From a virus (lineage: Duplodnaviria > Caudoviricetes), in IMG/VR virus record IMGVR_UViG_3300020045_006900, positions 1 through 45,046 of that record: a stretch of 45,046 nucleotides of DNA; one strand, written 5' to 3'. Position 1 is the stretch's first letter. The number at the start of each line of letters is the position of its first letter. Below are positions 35,994 through 45,046 of the stretch, piece by piece. Position numbers and translations under genes: made by a program. Below the pieces are notes generated by a model. The model did not search any database and was not told where the DNA came from. It saw nothing but the letters and a program-made list of their open reading frames with translations.

Positions 35994-36497
35994 TCACGCG
36001 TTGCGCGCAAGAATAGCGATCTGGTATTTCGCAGCTGCGCCCGCACTGTTAATGACCGCCAAAAGGTCCGCCGTAGCAGCCGTTACGGTCTTGATACCCG
36101 CCGCGTCACCTGCAGCGAGCAAAAGAACCGCCCCAGGCTTCAATACGAACGGCATAGCCGTTGCAAAGACACCATTTGTGCCGCCGCCGATCGTCAAATC
36201 CGTGGTGTTCGCCGGTGTGCCGATACGCGGCTTATTGATGATCATGAGCGCGACAATTTCCGCCGACGCTACGATTGCGCCGAAAGCGTCGGTCAGAACA
36301 CCGGCAAGGTCCAACGAATCCGTAGCGCCGCTGGCAACGGTACGTTCGTCCACAAAAGCGATGTTCGCCTTGTTGACGGTCGTCCCGTCCGTGAGTTGGA
36401 TCATTGCTTCCAGCACAGGCGAGAAATTCGGACCACCGAAATCGTTAGCGCCGGTTTGGGTAATCTTGAGACGGGCAAGAATTTCAGCGTTAATCAT
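35994..36497 (-). CDS. putative neck/virion structural protein
   Basis: LDLAGVLTDAFG, TVTAATADLL motif; start at MINAEIL. Confidence 0.7.
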   Translation of the reverse strand: MINAEILARLKITQTGANDFGGPNFSPVLEAMIQLTDGTTVNKANIAFVDERTVASGATDSLDLAGVLTDAFGAIVASAEIVALMIINKPRIGTPANTTDLTIGGGTNGVFATAMPFVLKPGAVLLLAAGDAAGIKTVTAATADLLAVINSAGAAAKYQIAILARNA

Positions 36498-36853
36498 CCG
36501 AGTTGTACCCCTTGTTCGACCACAATCTCTACATCGCGGTTGCGTTGATCTGGATTTCCAATCGAGCTGATACGGTGCGGAACGTCGCCCGACCTCTCGT
36601 GAACGATAACGGTGTCTCCAGCGGTCAAGCCATCGACCGCGATGCAAGATTGAATCGTAATGAAGCCGACCGCCGACGATTCAAGGCGTCCCGCCTCGAC
36701 ACGGTCCCGTCCGCGCTGTGGCCGATATTCGATCGGGACACGCTTCAGGCCGGGAATATCGGTCCAATGACGTGTTTTCGACCCGCCGACGCCGATTGTC
36801 CCGGTGTCCCGCTGGAACGTTGCAAGCTTGCTCATGCTCCCCTGAGTCGCCAT
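36494..36853 (-). CDS. head closure protein
   Basis: Synteny; RISSIGNPD..NR...IVVE. Confidence 0.8.
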   Translation of the reverse strand: MATQGSMSKLATFQRDTGTIGVGGSKTRHWTDIPGLKRVPIEYRPQRGRDRVEAGRLESSAVGFITIQSCIAVDGLTAGDTVIVHERSGDVPHRISSIGNPDQRNRDVEIVVEQGVQLG

Positions 36854-37407
36854 CAGAAGGCCCACCGATGCGGAGCAATCAAGGTGTTCACAGAGAACGG
36901 AACCTTTGCAGGGGAACCATTGAACATCACCGGCTCGCGATTGCGATACCAGTGTGCCACGAGGATTTTTATCGCCAGCAACAACGATTCCGGTACATCG
37001 TCATAACCGTGGGTCGAAATCATCGTGACGGCGTCATCACGGGCGGTGTTAATCGACGGAAGCGTGACCGAAGCTTTGATCCGAACGCTATCGGTATCGA
37101 ATGTGTACGACGCCGGATCCAAGGTCTGCAATTCGTCGTCTTCATCATAATACTGAAGGACGACGGCGGTCGTATCGGTAAAAGGTGTCTCCATTTTGCG
37201 GCAAAAACGCCAATAGGTCGTCTGCCAAGACTGTTCGACAATGCAACGGTTCAGGATGCCCCGATACCCGTCCAGATGAGACACAGCGGCCTTGATAAGC
37301 CCATTCAGATATTCGTCGTCATCGGTAAAGAACACCCGCAAATGCGCCTTCACGTCTTCCAACGTAACGGGGTCATTTGCGGGTGCTGTAACGAGCTTCG
37401 GCTTCAT
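36853..37407 (-). CDS. head-tail connector (gp6-like)
   Basis: PVTLEDVKAHLRV..DDD, AIKILVAHWYRNRE. Confidence 0.9.
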   Translation of the reverse strand: MKPKLVTAPANDPVTLEDVKAHLRVFFTDDDEYLNGLIKAAVSHLDGYRGILNRCIVEQSWQTTYWRFCRKMETPFTDTTAVVLQYYDEDDELQTLDPASYTFDTDSVRIKASVTLPSINTARDDAVTMISTHGYDDVPESLLLAIKILVAHWYRNREPVMFNGSPAKVPFSVNTLIAPHRWAF

Positions 37408-37722
37408 TTACTTGCCGGATGCCTTCGGTAGACCGGGAAGACCGGGTGGTGTGGCTGCAGGCGTGGCAACATTCGCAGGAACGACAGGTGCAGGAGTCGG
37501 TTCGGGTAGCTTTGCTTTGGCCTTCACCCTGTCCGTGACCGACACTTTCTTGACTTCGATTTCTTCCGCTTCGCCCGCCTCGATCAGCGCGGCAGCGAGA
37601 GATTCCGAAACAAAAAACGTGCCGTCTTTGTCCGGTCCGCCGTCTTTGGGATATTCACGAACGGTCGCGCCGTCGTCAGCGCCCTTGACGCCGTCTTTCA
37701 GGATTTTGACTTTGGTCAACAT
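37408..37722 (-). CDS. hypothetical head-associated protein, Pro-rich tail
   Basis: ALIEAGEAE motif; synteny. Confidence 0.7.
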   Translation of the reverse strand: MLTKVKILKDGVKGADDGATVREYPKDGGPDKDGTFFVSESLAAALIEAGEAEEIEVKKVSVTDRVKAKAKLPEPTPAPVVPANVATPAATPPGLPGLPKASGK

Positions 37723-37754
37723 CGTATGGTTACCTTATTTCACCCTGGGGCGGC

Positions 37755-38165
37755 TTAGTTGAAGGTGCCGCGCCAGTTGGGTTGCTCGATGCACAATGCC
37801 GAGTACGACGCTGCACCCGCGTTAGCAGCCGGTGTGATCGTGAGGCGCGTGTAACGCTTGTACCCGATGTAACCGAGCGTCTTCAGCGTGTTGTCGCTGT
37901 CGAACTGGAACGATGCGAGCACTTCGGTGCCGAGCAAATAATCATCTGCCACAGCGGTGAAGCCGGAACCCGGCAGATCCGATTCTTCAAGCAGTGCGGT
38001 AAACGTCGCGTCGGCATCGACAATCGCACCGGCATGAATGACGTAGGTGTGCGACTTCGAACCGCGATGGTCCTGCACGACGCCGACTTGAGCGGTATTG
38101 TCTGCCCCGTCCGCGTGAAGAACAGGATTGATGATGATGTTATTTTTCAGGTCACGGGGTGCCAT
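37755..38165 (-). CDS. putative head decoration protein
   Basis: LEESD, GYIGYKRYTRL; directly after the capsid gene. Confidence 0.75.
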   Translation of the reverse strand: MAPRDLKNNIIINPVLHADGADNTAQVGVVQDHRGSKSHTYVIHAGAIVDADATFTALLEESDLPGSGFTAVADDYLLGTEVLASFQFDSDNTLKTLGYIGYKRYTRLTITPAANAGAASYSALCIEQPNWRGTFN

Positions 38166-38190
38166 GATGGGTGTCCCTTTCAAAGATTAG

Positions 38191-38215
38191 TGAAAGGGGC
38201 GGAATTACCCGCCCC
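38191..38215 (-). terminator. hairpin / weak terminator after the capsid gene
   Basis: GGGGCGG-GTAATT-CCGCCCC followed by TTTC on the minus strand. Confidence 0.6.
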
Positions 38216-38232
38216 ATGTCATCCGGTGCCGG

Positions 38233-39585
38233 TTACGACGCGGCGAACTTCAAGAACTTGACGGCGTCGAAGTCCAGAACGTCACCGCCCATTCGCTTGG
38301 TGGTGTAAAGCTTCACGAAACCCTTTTCCGTGTAAGGATCACGGAGAACGCGGATCCCGGTACGGTCAACGATCTGGTACGCGGCCTTGAAGTCACCGAA
38401 AGCGAGGGACAGAGCGTTGGTGGCGGCGTCGGGCATGTCTTCCGCTTCGACAATGCCGTAACCGAGAAGGTTACCGCCCAGGCGTTGCGTGAAATCTGGC
38501 TGCCACAGGTAGTTGCCGTCACCGTCCTTAAGCGTACGGATATACCCGAGGGTCTTCCGATTCATCGTCCAGTTGGCGTTGGCGCGATAAGCCGCCTTCA
38601 GCGCGAAAACCAGATTGATAAGGAAATCGGTGTTCGTGATCGTGCCGGTTGCGCCGGAAGCGATGTGTTCGAAGACCTGCCAAGCACGGTTCGCGTCGTT
38701 CGTCGCAGCGGTGCCGTAGGTCAGAAGGCCGCGTGGCTTGTTGACGCCGTCACCGGCAAAGGTCGCAGCGTTTTCGGTACGGGCGAACTTGTCGGAAACC
38801 TTGGAAGACAGCCAGCCCTCGATATCGAAGCCGGAATCGTCCAAAAGCTTCTGTGTAACCTTCGGCATGGCATACTGTTCGTTGACATCGATCCGCCATT
38901 TGCCAAGCTCTGGCGTGCCGGTTTCAGGACGTGCCTGCTTTTCACCGACCCAACCCGAATCGAGGTCATCACGGTCAACCAGACCTTCCATCGCGTCCGT
39001 GCCGATCGAAACGACGCTGAACAGCTGACGAGCCGGGGAAGTCTCGAAAATCTTCTTGATGATGCGTCCGCCGATGTCTGGCGTAACGGTATAACCGCCA
39101 GCCGGATCGCTGCCGACTTCCATCAGGTTCCGGAATTCACCGAACTTGCGGTTTTCGTTGCCGACGCGCATGTACGTATCAAGGCCGCTGGCGTACTTGC
39201 CGAGGTCTTCGGCGCTGACTTCGATGACCGAACCGGCACGAGCCGACAGGGTGCGGGAAAAATCGCGAGCCTGTGCCTGAATGTCAGCCGTCGAACCCGA
39301 ACCGGAAAGATCGTTTGCGGCGAACTTTTCCATGATGCGGGTGATTTCGGCCTGCACGTCAGACAGAGAATTGTTGATCTTGTCGACCTTTTCGGCCTGA
39401 AGAGGATCGTTTACGCCAGCTTCGACAGCCTTAAGACGGGCGTCGTTGGTGTTCTTGAATTCTTCGAACGTCCGATTGAACGTGTCGACCATCGCTTTTA
39501 CTTCAGATGGTCCTTCGTTCCGTAGGCCGGATGCACCGAGACCGCGAAACGACGCGCCGTGCATTAGTCGATTGTGATAGGTCAT
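38233..39585 (-). CDS. HK97-fold major capsid protein with delta domain
   Basis: GGYTVTP, WVGE, GDGVNKPRG, LKDGDGNYLWQP, FGDF, RDPYT, KR.GG. Confidence 0.95.
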   Translation of the reverse strand: MTYHNRLMHGASFRGLGASGLRNEGPSEVKAMVDTFNRTFEEFKNTNDARLKAVEAGVNDPLQAEKVDKINNSLSDVQAEITRIMEKFAANDLSGSGSTADIQAQARDFSRTLSARAGSVIEVSAEDLGKYASGLDTYMRVGNENRKFGEFRNLMEVGSDPAGGYTVTPDIGGRIIKKIFETSPARQLFSVVSIGTDAMEGLVDRDDLDSGWVGEKQARPETGTPELGKWRIDVNEQYAMPKVTQKLLDDSGFDIEGWLSSKVSDKFARTENAATFAGDGVNKPRGLLTYGTAATNDANRAWQVFEHIASGATGTITNTDFLINLVFALKAAYRANANWTMNRKTLGYIRTLKDGDGNYLWQPDFTQRLGGNLLGYGIVEAEDMPDAATNALSLAFGDFKAAYQIVDRTGIRVLRDPYTEKGFVKLYTTKRMGGDVLDFDAVKFLKFAAS

Positions 39586-39707
39586 GTCATACCCTCGCGT
39601 GTGTCAAATCTTGGATATGACTTGCATCACGCGGGGTCATAATTGTTACTATGTAACGTTAATTCAGACGAACCGCAACACCAACGTTACATAATTCACA
39701 GGATGCG

Positions 39708-40553
39708 TTACGCCCGCATCGTTGCCAGCAAATTTGCAAACGCTTCTGACACGTCATTTGCAGGTTCTTCCCGACCATTCATTTTCGCGAACGTGTCGGC
39801 GCGTTCCTTCCGAGACAGACCGGCTTTCGCCATGGCAGTTTCAATCCGACGACGCGCCACGATCGCGTCACGGTTCTCAGTCGGCAAACTAGCCGACGGA
39901 TCCGCTTCGTCCTGAAATTCGCCGTCGGCAAACTTCATTTCCACAGCTTCGGCGGCGGTCATCCATGTTCCGTCGCTGCGACGGTTCGGCCCGTCGAGCA
40001 TCGCCGTGATTTTATCTTCCGCCAAACCGGTTCGGGTCGCGTAAACCGATGCAAGCGAGCGATCTATCTGACCGAACACGGTCACCATTTCCGCCGCGTC
40101 GTGGCGATTACCGATCACGACGCCCCAAGCGTTATGAATCATCATCATCGACCCGGTTGCCATCTGGATTTCGTCACCGGCCATTGCAATCACACTGGCG
40201 GCGCTTGCCGCGATACCGCGAACACGAACCGTGACCTTTGCGGGATGCTCGCGCAACTGGTCGTACATCGCCAGACCGTCGAACACGTTGCCGCCAGGGG
40301 AATTGACGTTAACTGTGATATCGCGCGGACCGATGTTCCGCAGAATGCCCGAAAGCTTCGCCGTGCTGAAACCTTCTCCGAACCAGTCTTCACCGATCGG
40401 CTCATAAATGTTGATGGTCGTATCATCCTGCTTTGCAGCGGCGTAAACGCGATCTGTCCATTCGTCCAGCGCCGCGCTCGGCGCGTCGTGTTCATACCAA
40501 GTCGGTTGACGCGCCATGATGCGGCCCTTGGGGAGGTTCTTAATCAGGCTCAT
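39708..40553 (-). CDS. ClpP-type (S14) prohead protease
   Basis: NSPGGNVFDG, AASAAS, MMIHN, TWMTA.EA. Confidence 0.93.
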   Translation of the reverse strand: MSLIKNLPKGRIMARQPTWYEHDAPSAALDEWTDRVYAAAKQDDTTINIYEPIGEDWFGEGFSTAKLSGILRNIGPRDITVNVNSPGGNVFDGLAMYDQLREHPAKVTVRVRGIAASAASVIAMAGDEIQMATGSMMMIHNAWGVVIGNRHDAAEMVTVFGQIDRSLASVYATRTGLAEDKITAMLDGPNRRSDGTWMTAAEAVEMKFADGEFQDEADPSASLPTENRDAIVARRRIETAMAKAGLSRKERADTFAKMNGREEPANDVSEAFANLLATMRA

Positions 40554-41815
40554 TTCTCGTCTTCCTCTAATGGCGGTCCGCCGTTGTGTCCGATAGCGGA
40601 TTTCTCATCGGGGTTTTGGTTTGGAGGGGCCGCGTATTCGTCGCCCTCCGGGTCGGTGCGCGGGTTCATGTCCAGAAGCGCGCGGACATCGTTCGGGCTG
40701 TAAACACCCCACTGGCGACCGCGTGTGAAGGAATCCCACTGTGCTTTGCTGTCGCCCTTCAAGAGCGCCTGGGTGAAGAACCGAACATCAAGGGTTTCCC
40801 ATTCTTTTTCGTTGATCGCGTCACGCTTCAATGACTCTTGCCACATCACAAGCCAGTCGTTGAGCGTGTACGTCACGAAACCGATGTTCTGTTGCTCGAT
40901 ACCGGAACCCCAAGACGTGGTTTTCTCGGTCGCACCGATCATGTGTGGAGGAACGCCGAAAAACATCGCGATATCGTACCGCTGGAATTCTCGAGATTCG
41001 ATAAACTGGAGGTCCGACGCCGACATTGACGTTTTGACAAGGTCCGCCCCCTCTTCAAGGATGGCTGTCTTGCCGGTATTATCGACCCCGGATTTCCGAC
41101 CCTCCCACGAATCCTTCAGACGTTTGTACGCCTCAGGTGACATCGTCTCCGGGTGCTTGATAACGGTATCGATAAACGAACCGTTTTTCATCAGTGTTGC
41201 TGCAGCGGTTTCGCCATCCAAGGCGATACCTAGCGATTCTCGCATATGAGACAAGACAGAGAGGCCGGAAAAACCGTTCAACGACAGACCGCGCAAATGC
41301 AGCACGTCCGCCGATCGGTAAATCTTCAGCGAACCGTCCGCAGTCGTGACGGTGTATTTCATCTGCAGGCTCGTTTCCTGCTCGATCAACACCTTATCGG
41401 GGTGAAGGGGTATAAGCGCCACCACCTGCCCCATAGCCTTGACCTTGATCGCCACAGCGTTGCCACGCAACATTACGTGCGCCTGCATGAGCTGCTTGAA
41501 TTCCTTCGGCGTCTGCCAAGCGTTCGGGCGGACGGTCAGCACACGACGAAGGGGATGACCAACGGCGGGTTTGCGGACATTCTCGCTTTCGCGCCGGATC
41601 AGGTCCATGGGAAGCCAGGACACGACGCCAGCAATGATGTTGGTGCAGCGATAAGCCGCCGCGACCTTCATTGCGTTGCTTTCAGTGATCGACCGACCGC
41701 TTATAGACGTATTCGACCCGTCACGGAGGAAATCGCGGATTTCGGAATCCGTTGCGGTCGCAACATTGATCGTCTGTCCAACTGCCGCACGAAACGCCGA
41801 TGTGAAAATGTTCAT
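40550..41815 (-). CDS. HK97-family portal protein
   Basis: RPNAWQT, VLHLRGLS, FGVPPHMIG, SWGSGIEQQ. Confidence 0.95.
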   Translation of the reverse strand: MNIFTSAFRAAVGQTINVATATDSEIRDFLRDGSNTSISGRSITESNAMKVAAAYRCTNIIAGVVSWLPMDLIRRESENVRKPAVGHPLRRVLTVRPNAWQTPKEFKQLMQAHVMLRGNAVAIKVKAMGQVVALIPLHPDKVLIEQETSLQMKYTVTTADGSLKIYRSADVLHLRGLSLNGFSGLSVLSHMRESLGIALDGETAAATLMKNGSFIDTVIKHPETMSPEAYKRLKDSWEGRKSGVDNTGKTAILEEGADLVKTSMSASDLQFIESREFQRYDIAMFFGVPPHMIGATEKTTSWGSGIEQQNIGFVTYTLNDWLVMWQESLKRDAINEKEWETLDVRFFTQALLKGDSKAQWDSFTRGRQWGVYSPNDVRALLDMNPRTDPEGDEYAAPPNQNPDEKSAIGHNGGPPLEEDEK

Positions 41816-43578
41816 ACCATCAGAATCCCGCGCGTTTCATAAACAGACCGGGTATCCTCGACAAGCATCCAGCGCGCCATAGCCATGATTTCCGCAACAG
41901 GACCATCTATCTTGTTTTCCGGCTTTTCTTTCCGAGGGTACACGTTATCTTTTGCATCAGCTTTCGCCGTTACATTTGATAACATCCATGTGTACACGGG
42001 GTCACCGTTATGCACAATGGCATGCGAACGTATCAACCCCTCTATCTCTTTCATAGGCTCTGAAAAATTCAATACATTCGGTGCAACTTCCACACATTTA
42101 ATACCGGCTTCGATTAATTCTGATACCATCATTCGAGCTTGATGCTGGTCAAAAGCAAGTTCCTCAACCTGAAACTGATCTCTGAAATCCAGAATATCTT
42201 CGCGGATGTTAACGTAATCGATCATGTCACCTGGCGTTTCTGTAATCCATCCATCAAGCACCCATCCCTGATAGTGCTTGTTAACACCAAGTGATATTGT
42301 CTTTTCAGGGAGATAATATTTACCAAATCTAGCGTAACGGAAACCCTCGTCCATGAGCAACTTCGCGATATCGCAACTGCACTGGTCCAGCCTGAACAAT
42401 AGTTCGACAGCCGCGATATCCACCTTTGACGCGAGGTCCAGTCCGATTTTTACCGGCTGATTGTGGAACATCTCAAGTGTTACAGTCGCTTTTTCGGATT
42501 CATGCCAGCTCTGAATGTTAAAATAAGCGTCACGCGCCTGAACCCAAAGGTTCAAATGCTTCGTTTTGAAAGCACCTACCTTCCGTGCGGAGTGTATCGC
42601 GTCACGCTGCATTGACTTAAGGAATTCAGCGCGAATGGATATGTCGTAGTTGGGGTTTGCCTGCCGTAACGCTAGATCGGAAGTCCAGTCAACATCGGGG
42701 TCGGCAGAATAAATGATACCGAAAAACTCATCGTTCGGTATCACTTTTTCCAGTATGTTCTGAATTTCTTCCTGCATGGCGTAGCAAGGGCCGGAAATGT
42801 TATCACCCGCTGTGGAAATCACCAGCAACAATGGTTGATCACGGGAACCCATACCCGTCTCAAACGTCGATACCATCGCATCAGTGATATGTTCGTGATA
42901 CTCGTCAACGATCGCACACGACGGGCTTGCGCCGTCGCCGGGATTACCGATGACCGTTTCAAACTTCGCACCGTCAGCGATCTTATAAAGGTTGCTCCCC
43001 GCCCCTTTACCTGTCTCAACACCATAATAGGCTGTCAGATCCGGGGAATTCTTAGCCATCAGTCGGGCAGGCTTGAAAACCTCCCAAGCTTGCTTTTCGT
43101 TCGTCGCCCCGCTGTAAACTTCCGCACCAAACTCATTATCGGCACAAAGCATGTAAAGCCCGACCGCTGCCGCCCAGGCTGATTTACCGTTCTTGCGGCT
43201 TTCCAGTACAAACGCCTTGCGGAACCGTCTGTTGCCGTCGGATTTGCGCTTCCAACCAAATATGCAAATGGTTTTGAAGCATTGCCACGGTTCGAGGATG
43301 AGCTTCAATCTTTGCTTCGCCCATTTCCCCTTGGTGTGCGGCATCAATTCAATGAAGTTGCATGCCTTTTCGGCTGCTTTCTGGTCGAAATAGTACGGGA
43401 AAGGGTCACTATTTGATCCGTTTACGGACCGTTCGATGTCGTCCAGATGCCGCTGGCAGGCCAATTTGACCCACTTTCCGGCGATCTGTTTCCCGGAAAG
43501 CACATCACGAGCGTATTGCGTACCCTTTTCGACGCGGGTCATTGGCCGAACAATGACGCCTGGAGGCATTCCGAGCAT
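41812..43578 (-). CDS. terL: terminase large subunit
   Basis: LEPWQ, RKNGKS Walker A, VDEYHEH Walker B, ISTAG, GLDLAS, KIDG. Confidence 0.95.
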   Translation of the reverse strand: MLGMPPGVIVRPMTRVEKGTQYARDVLSGKQIAGKWVKLACQRHLDDIERSVNGSNSDPFPYYFDQKAAEKACNFIELMPHTKGKWAKQRLKLILEPWQCFKTICIFGWKRKSDGNRRFRKAFVLESRKNGKSAWAAAVGLYMLCADNEFGAEVYSGATNEKQAWEVFKPARLMAKNSPDLTAYYGVETGKGAGSNLYKIADGAKFETVIGNPGDGASPSCAIVDEYHEHITDAMVSTFETGMGSRDQPLLLVISTAGDNISGPCYAMQEEIQNILEKVIPNDEFFGIIYSADPDVDWTSDLALRQANPNYDISIRAEFLKSMQRDAIHSARKVGAFKTKHLNLWVQARDAYFNIQSWHESEKATVTLEMFHNQPVKIGLDLASKVDIAAVELLFRLDQCSCDIAKLLMDEGFRYARFGKYYLPEKTISLGVNKHYQGWVLDGWITETPGDMIDYVNIREDILDFRDQFQVEELAFDQHQARMMVSELIEAGIKCVEVAPNVLNFSEPMKEIEGLIRSHAIVHNGDPVYTWMLSNVTAKADAKDNVYPRKEKPENKIDGPVAEIMAMARWMLVEDTRSVYETRGILMV

Positions 43579-43799
43579 CAGTTGAGCCTTTTGTAAGGCA
43601 ACCAGTGCGTTGGGCCAAATTCACCGCTGCTGTCCCAAGTAAAGGATTGATCCGGCGCTTCCCAAAAACCTAGAACCCCGGGTATGAGATCGTTCACAGC
43701 ATCCCCGTTCCATCGCATCACGAACCATTCGCCGTCTGCACCGACTTTTATCAAGGTTCCGTCACGAGGGGCCGTGGAGATATCGTACCACCCTTCCAT
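43578..43799 (-). CDS. DUF551-like protein
   Basis: WYDISTAPRDGT...PTHWLP. Confidence 0.75.
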   Translation of the reverse strand: MEGWYDISTAPRDGTLIKVGADGEWFVMRWNGDAVNDLIPGVLGFWEAPDQSFTWDSSGEFGPTHWLPYKRLN

Positions 43800-43800
43800 G

Positions 43801-44262
43801 TCATTCTTCCAATATCGCAAACGGGTTATCGGGCTTGTTGCCGAGCTGTGCGCTGACCCTCGATCGGGCGGCGGGTGACAGACCGAATTCGATCAACAGC
43901 GATTGAGCGTGTCGCATCGATTCATTTCGCATCGCTACTTCGGGCCGCGACTTCCACACGCCCTTGGTGGACAGATAGACGTACCCCGCCGATTCAATCG
44001 TTGCGGTGTGTTGCTCGACTTCATCTAGCCTCGACGCCAGCAAGCTAAGCATGATGGAATCTTCAACGGATAGGATTTTCATCCCGTGAAGGTACACCGA
44101 CAATTGCCGGAAAATCTCAGCCGCCCGGTAATTCAGATGATCGGGCGGCGCTGGCATGGACGAAAGGTTGACAGGCGGGGAATGGTCGGCGTCACGGCAG
44201 GATTGATGCGTGCCCTTGAGCTGCTTCAACGCCGTCGGTAGTGGTCGCGACCCTCCCCCCAT
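43801..44262 (-). CDS. terS: terminase small subunit (P27 family)
   Basis: GSRPLPTALK.LKG, PPDHL, EFGLSPAARSRV. Confidence 0.92.
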   Translation of the reverse strand: MGGGSRPLPTALKQLKGTHQSCRDADHSPPVNLSSMPAPPDHLNYRAAEIFRQLSVYLHGMKILSVEDSIMLSLLASRLDEVEQHTATIESAGYVYLSTKGVWKSRPEVAMRNESMRHAQSLLIEFGLSPAARSRVSAQLGNKPDNPFAILEE

Positions 44263-44264
44263 AG

Positions 44265-44492
44265 TCAGGCACTCGTCTGGACTTGGTCGGCGTGATCCAA
44301 GATTTCATCAAACACAGTCTGCTTTTTCTCGGGCGTCTCGGTCAATATCTGGTATGACGCCGCTGCACCCGCAAAGAACATCGTTTCCAATGTTCGACAT
44401 TGCTCCCCCGTCATTACCTCACCGGGGAAATACTTGCTCATGACGTGGACAAATTCTGCATGAAGCGGCGTGTAAGTCTTGTCGATATGCAC
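44265..44492 (-). CDS. hypothetical protein
   Basis: GTG start behind GGAG; MFFAGA motif. Confidence 0.6.
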   Translation of the reverse strand: MHIDKTYTPLHAEFVHVMSKYFPGEVMTGEQCRTLETMFFAGAAASYQILTETPEKKQTVFDEILDHADQVQTSA

Positions 44493-44511
44493 TGCGATAT
44501 TCTCCCACTCG

Positions 44512-44718
44512 TTACGCCCAGAACCCGCCCCAGAACAAAACCGCCACAAGAACGATTTTGCCGAAAACATCGGCGGTCCATTTTCCCCAAAAAGCACGCC
44601 AGGGAATAAATCCTGTCGCACCGCTATCGATCATCAAATACCGTGCGACCGGCGCACCGATTATGATCAAAATCAGATAAACCGCGATTACCCACTGAGC
44701 GGCACCGAAGGAATACAT
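44512..44718 (-). CDS. small membrane protein
   Basis: Two TM segments ending LFWGGFW; AGGGG SD. Confidence 0.7.
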   Translation of the reverse strand: MYSFGAAQWVIAVYLILIIIGAPVARYLMIDSGATGFIPWRAFWGKWTADVFGKIVLVAVLFWGGFWA

Positions 44719-44769
44719 TCCTATACCCCTTTCCATGATGGAACAAGAACAAAGTGAGAACACGTCATG

Positions 44770-45046
44770 TTATACACCTTGTTCCATCCGCTGTTTGTGC
44801 CGAGCGTGGCACGGGTAATCGCATAGGCACTGGAGGTTTTCAGGATCTCGAAACAGCTCCCAATCCCCCCGGTGCGGTCGAACATGGTCAACGACCAATC
44901 GCGACGTCTGATGCCCCCAGTTCTTCCCGCACATCCGGCAAGCGTAATTGTCGCGCGCCATCCGCTGCGGTCGAAGGACCGACACCCAAAGCCGTCGTTT
45001 GTACCAAAGCCGGTGAACCCGCTCGTCTGCTTTGGCGTGACGGGCG
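44770..45046 (-). CDS. HNH endonuclease (packaging-associated, gp74-like), 5'-truncated by the window end
   Basis: CRMCG, VVDHVRPHRGD..LF.DPENLQCLC..CH..HKQ; frame is open to the window edge. Confidence 0.88.
   Translation of the reverse strand, partial: ARHAKADERVHRLWYKRRLWVSVLRPQRMARDNYACRMCGKNWGHQTSRLVVDHVRPHRGDWELFRDPENLQCLCDYPCHARHKQRMEQGV

Noticed and set aside
38485-39525. 346-aa + strand ORF, and similar long ones at 8143-8913, 20199-20996, 22517-23386 and 35817-36570
   Set aside because: Antisense shadows of well-supported genes, expected from GC-rich codon bias; no motifs.
44986-45046. Circular junction, terminal repeat or cos site at the window ends
   Set aside because: The HNH frame runs off the edge, joining the ends gives no evident start codon nearby, and no terminal repeat is visible, so the ends cannot be assigned.

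Overview
The window is most or all of a ~45-kb temperate siphovirus genome. The host is inferred to be an alphaproteobacterium, probably Rhizobiaceae-like, from the GapR homolog, the GTA-like tail genes and a tRNA-Leu-type attP core. Layout: (1) 1-5.6 kb, rightward early/accessory genes including DUF1643, a ParB-like protein and an arm-less tyrosine recombinase; (2) a DUF6538-type integrase and an intact attP (tRNA 3' end, terminator, IHF site, arm repeats) at ~7.05-7.24 kb; (3) a divergent replication module with primase-polymerase/helicase, dATP/dGTP diphosphohydrolase, adenine MTase, VRR-NUC and SF2 helicase leftward, and Cas4-like exonuclease, GapR, SSB, HNH and family-B DNA polymerase rightward; (4) a leftward late operon with HNH, terminases, portal, ClpP protease, HK97 capsid, neck and tail genes with a -1 frameshifted chaperone, tailspike, lysis cassette and an extra fibre module. 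The most notable items are two palindromic operator families (GTAACGTTAC and TGACA-N5-TGTCA) with no CI-type repressor, a ~4-kb ParB + second-recombinase block flanked by 21-bp direct repeats, a repeat-rod/bead/adaptor fibre cassette after the lysis genes, and several micro-ORFs missing from the ORF track. All calls come from reading motifs by eye; no database searches were run.
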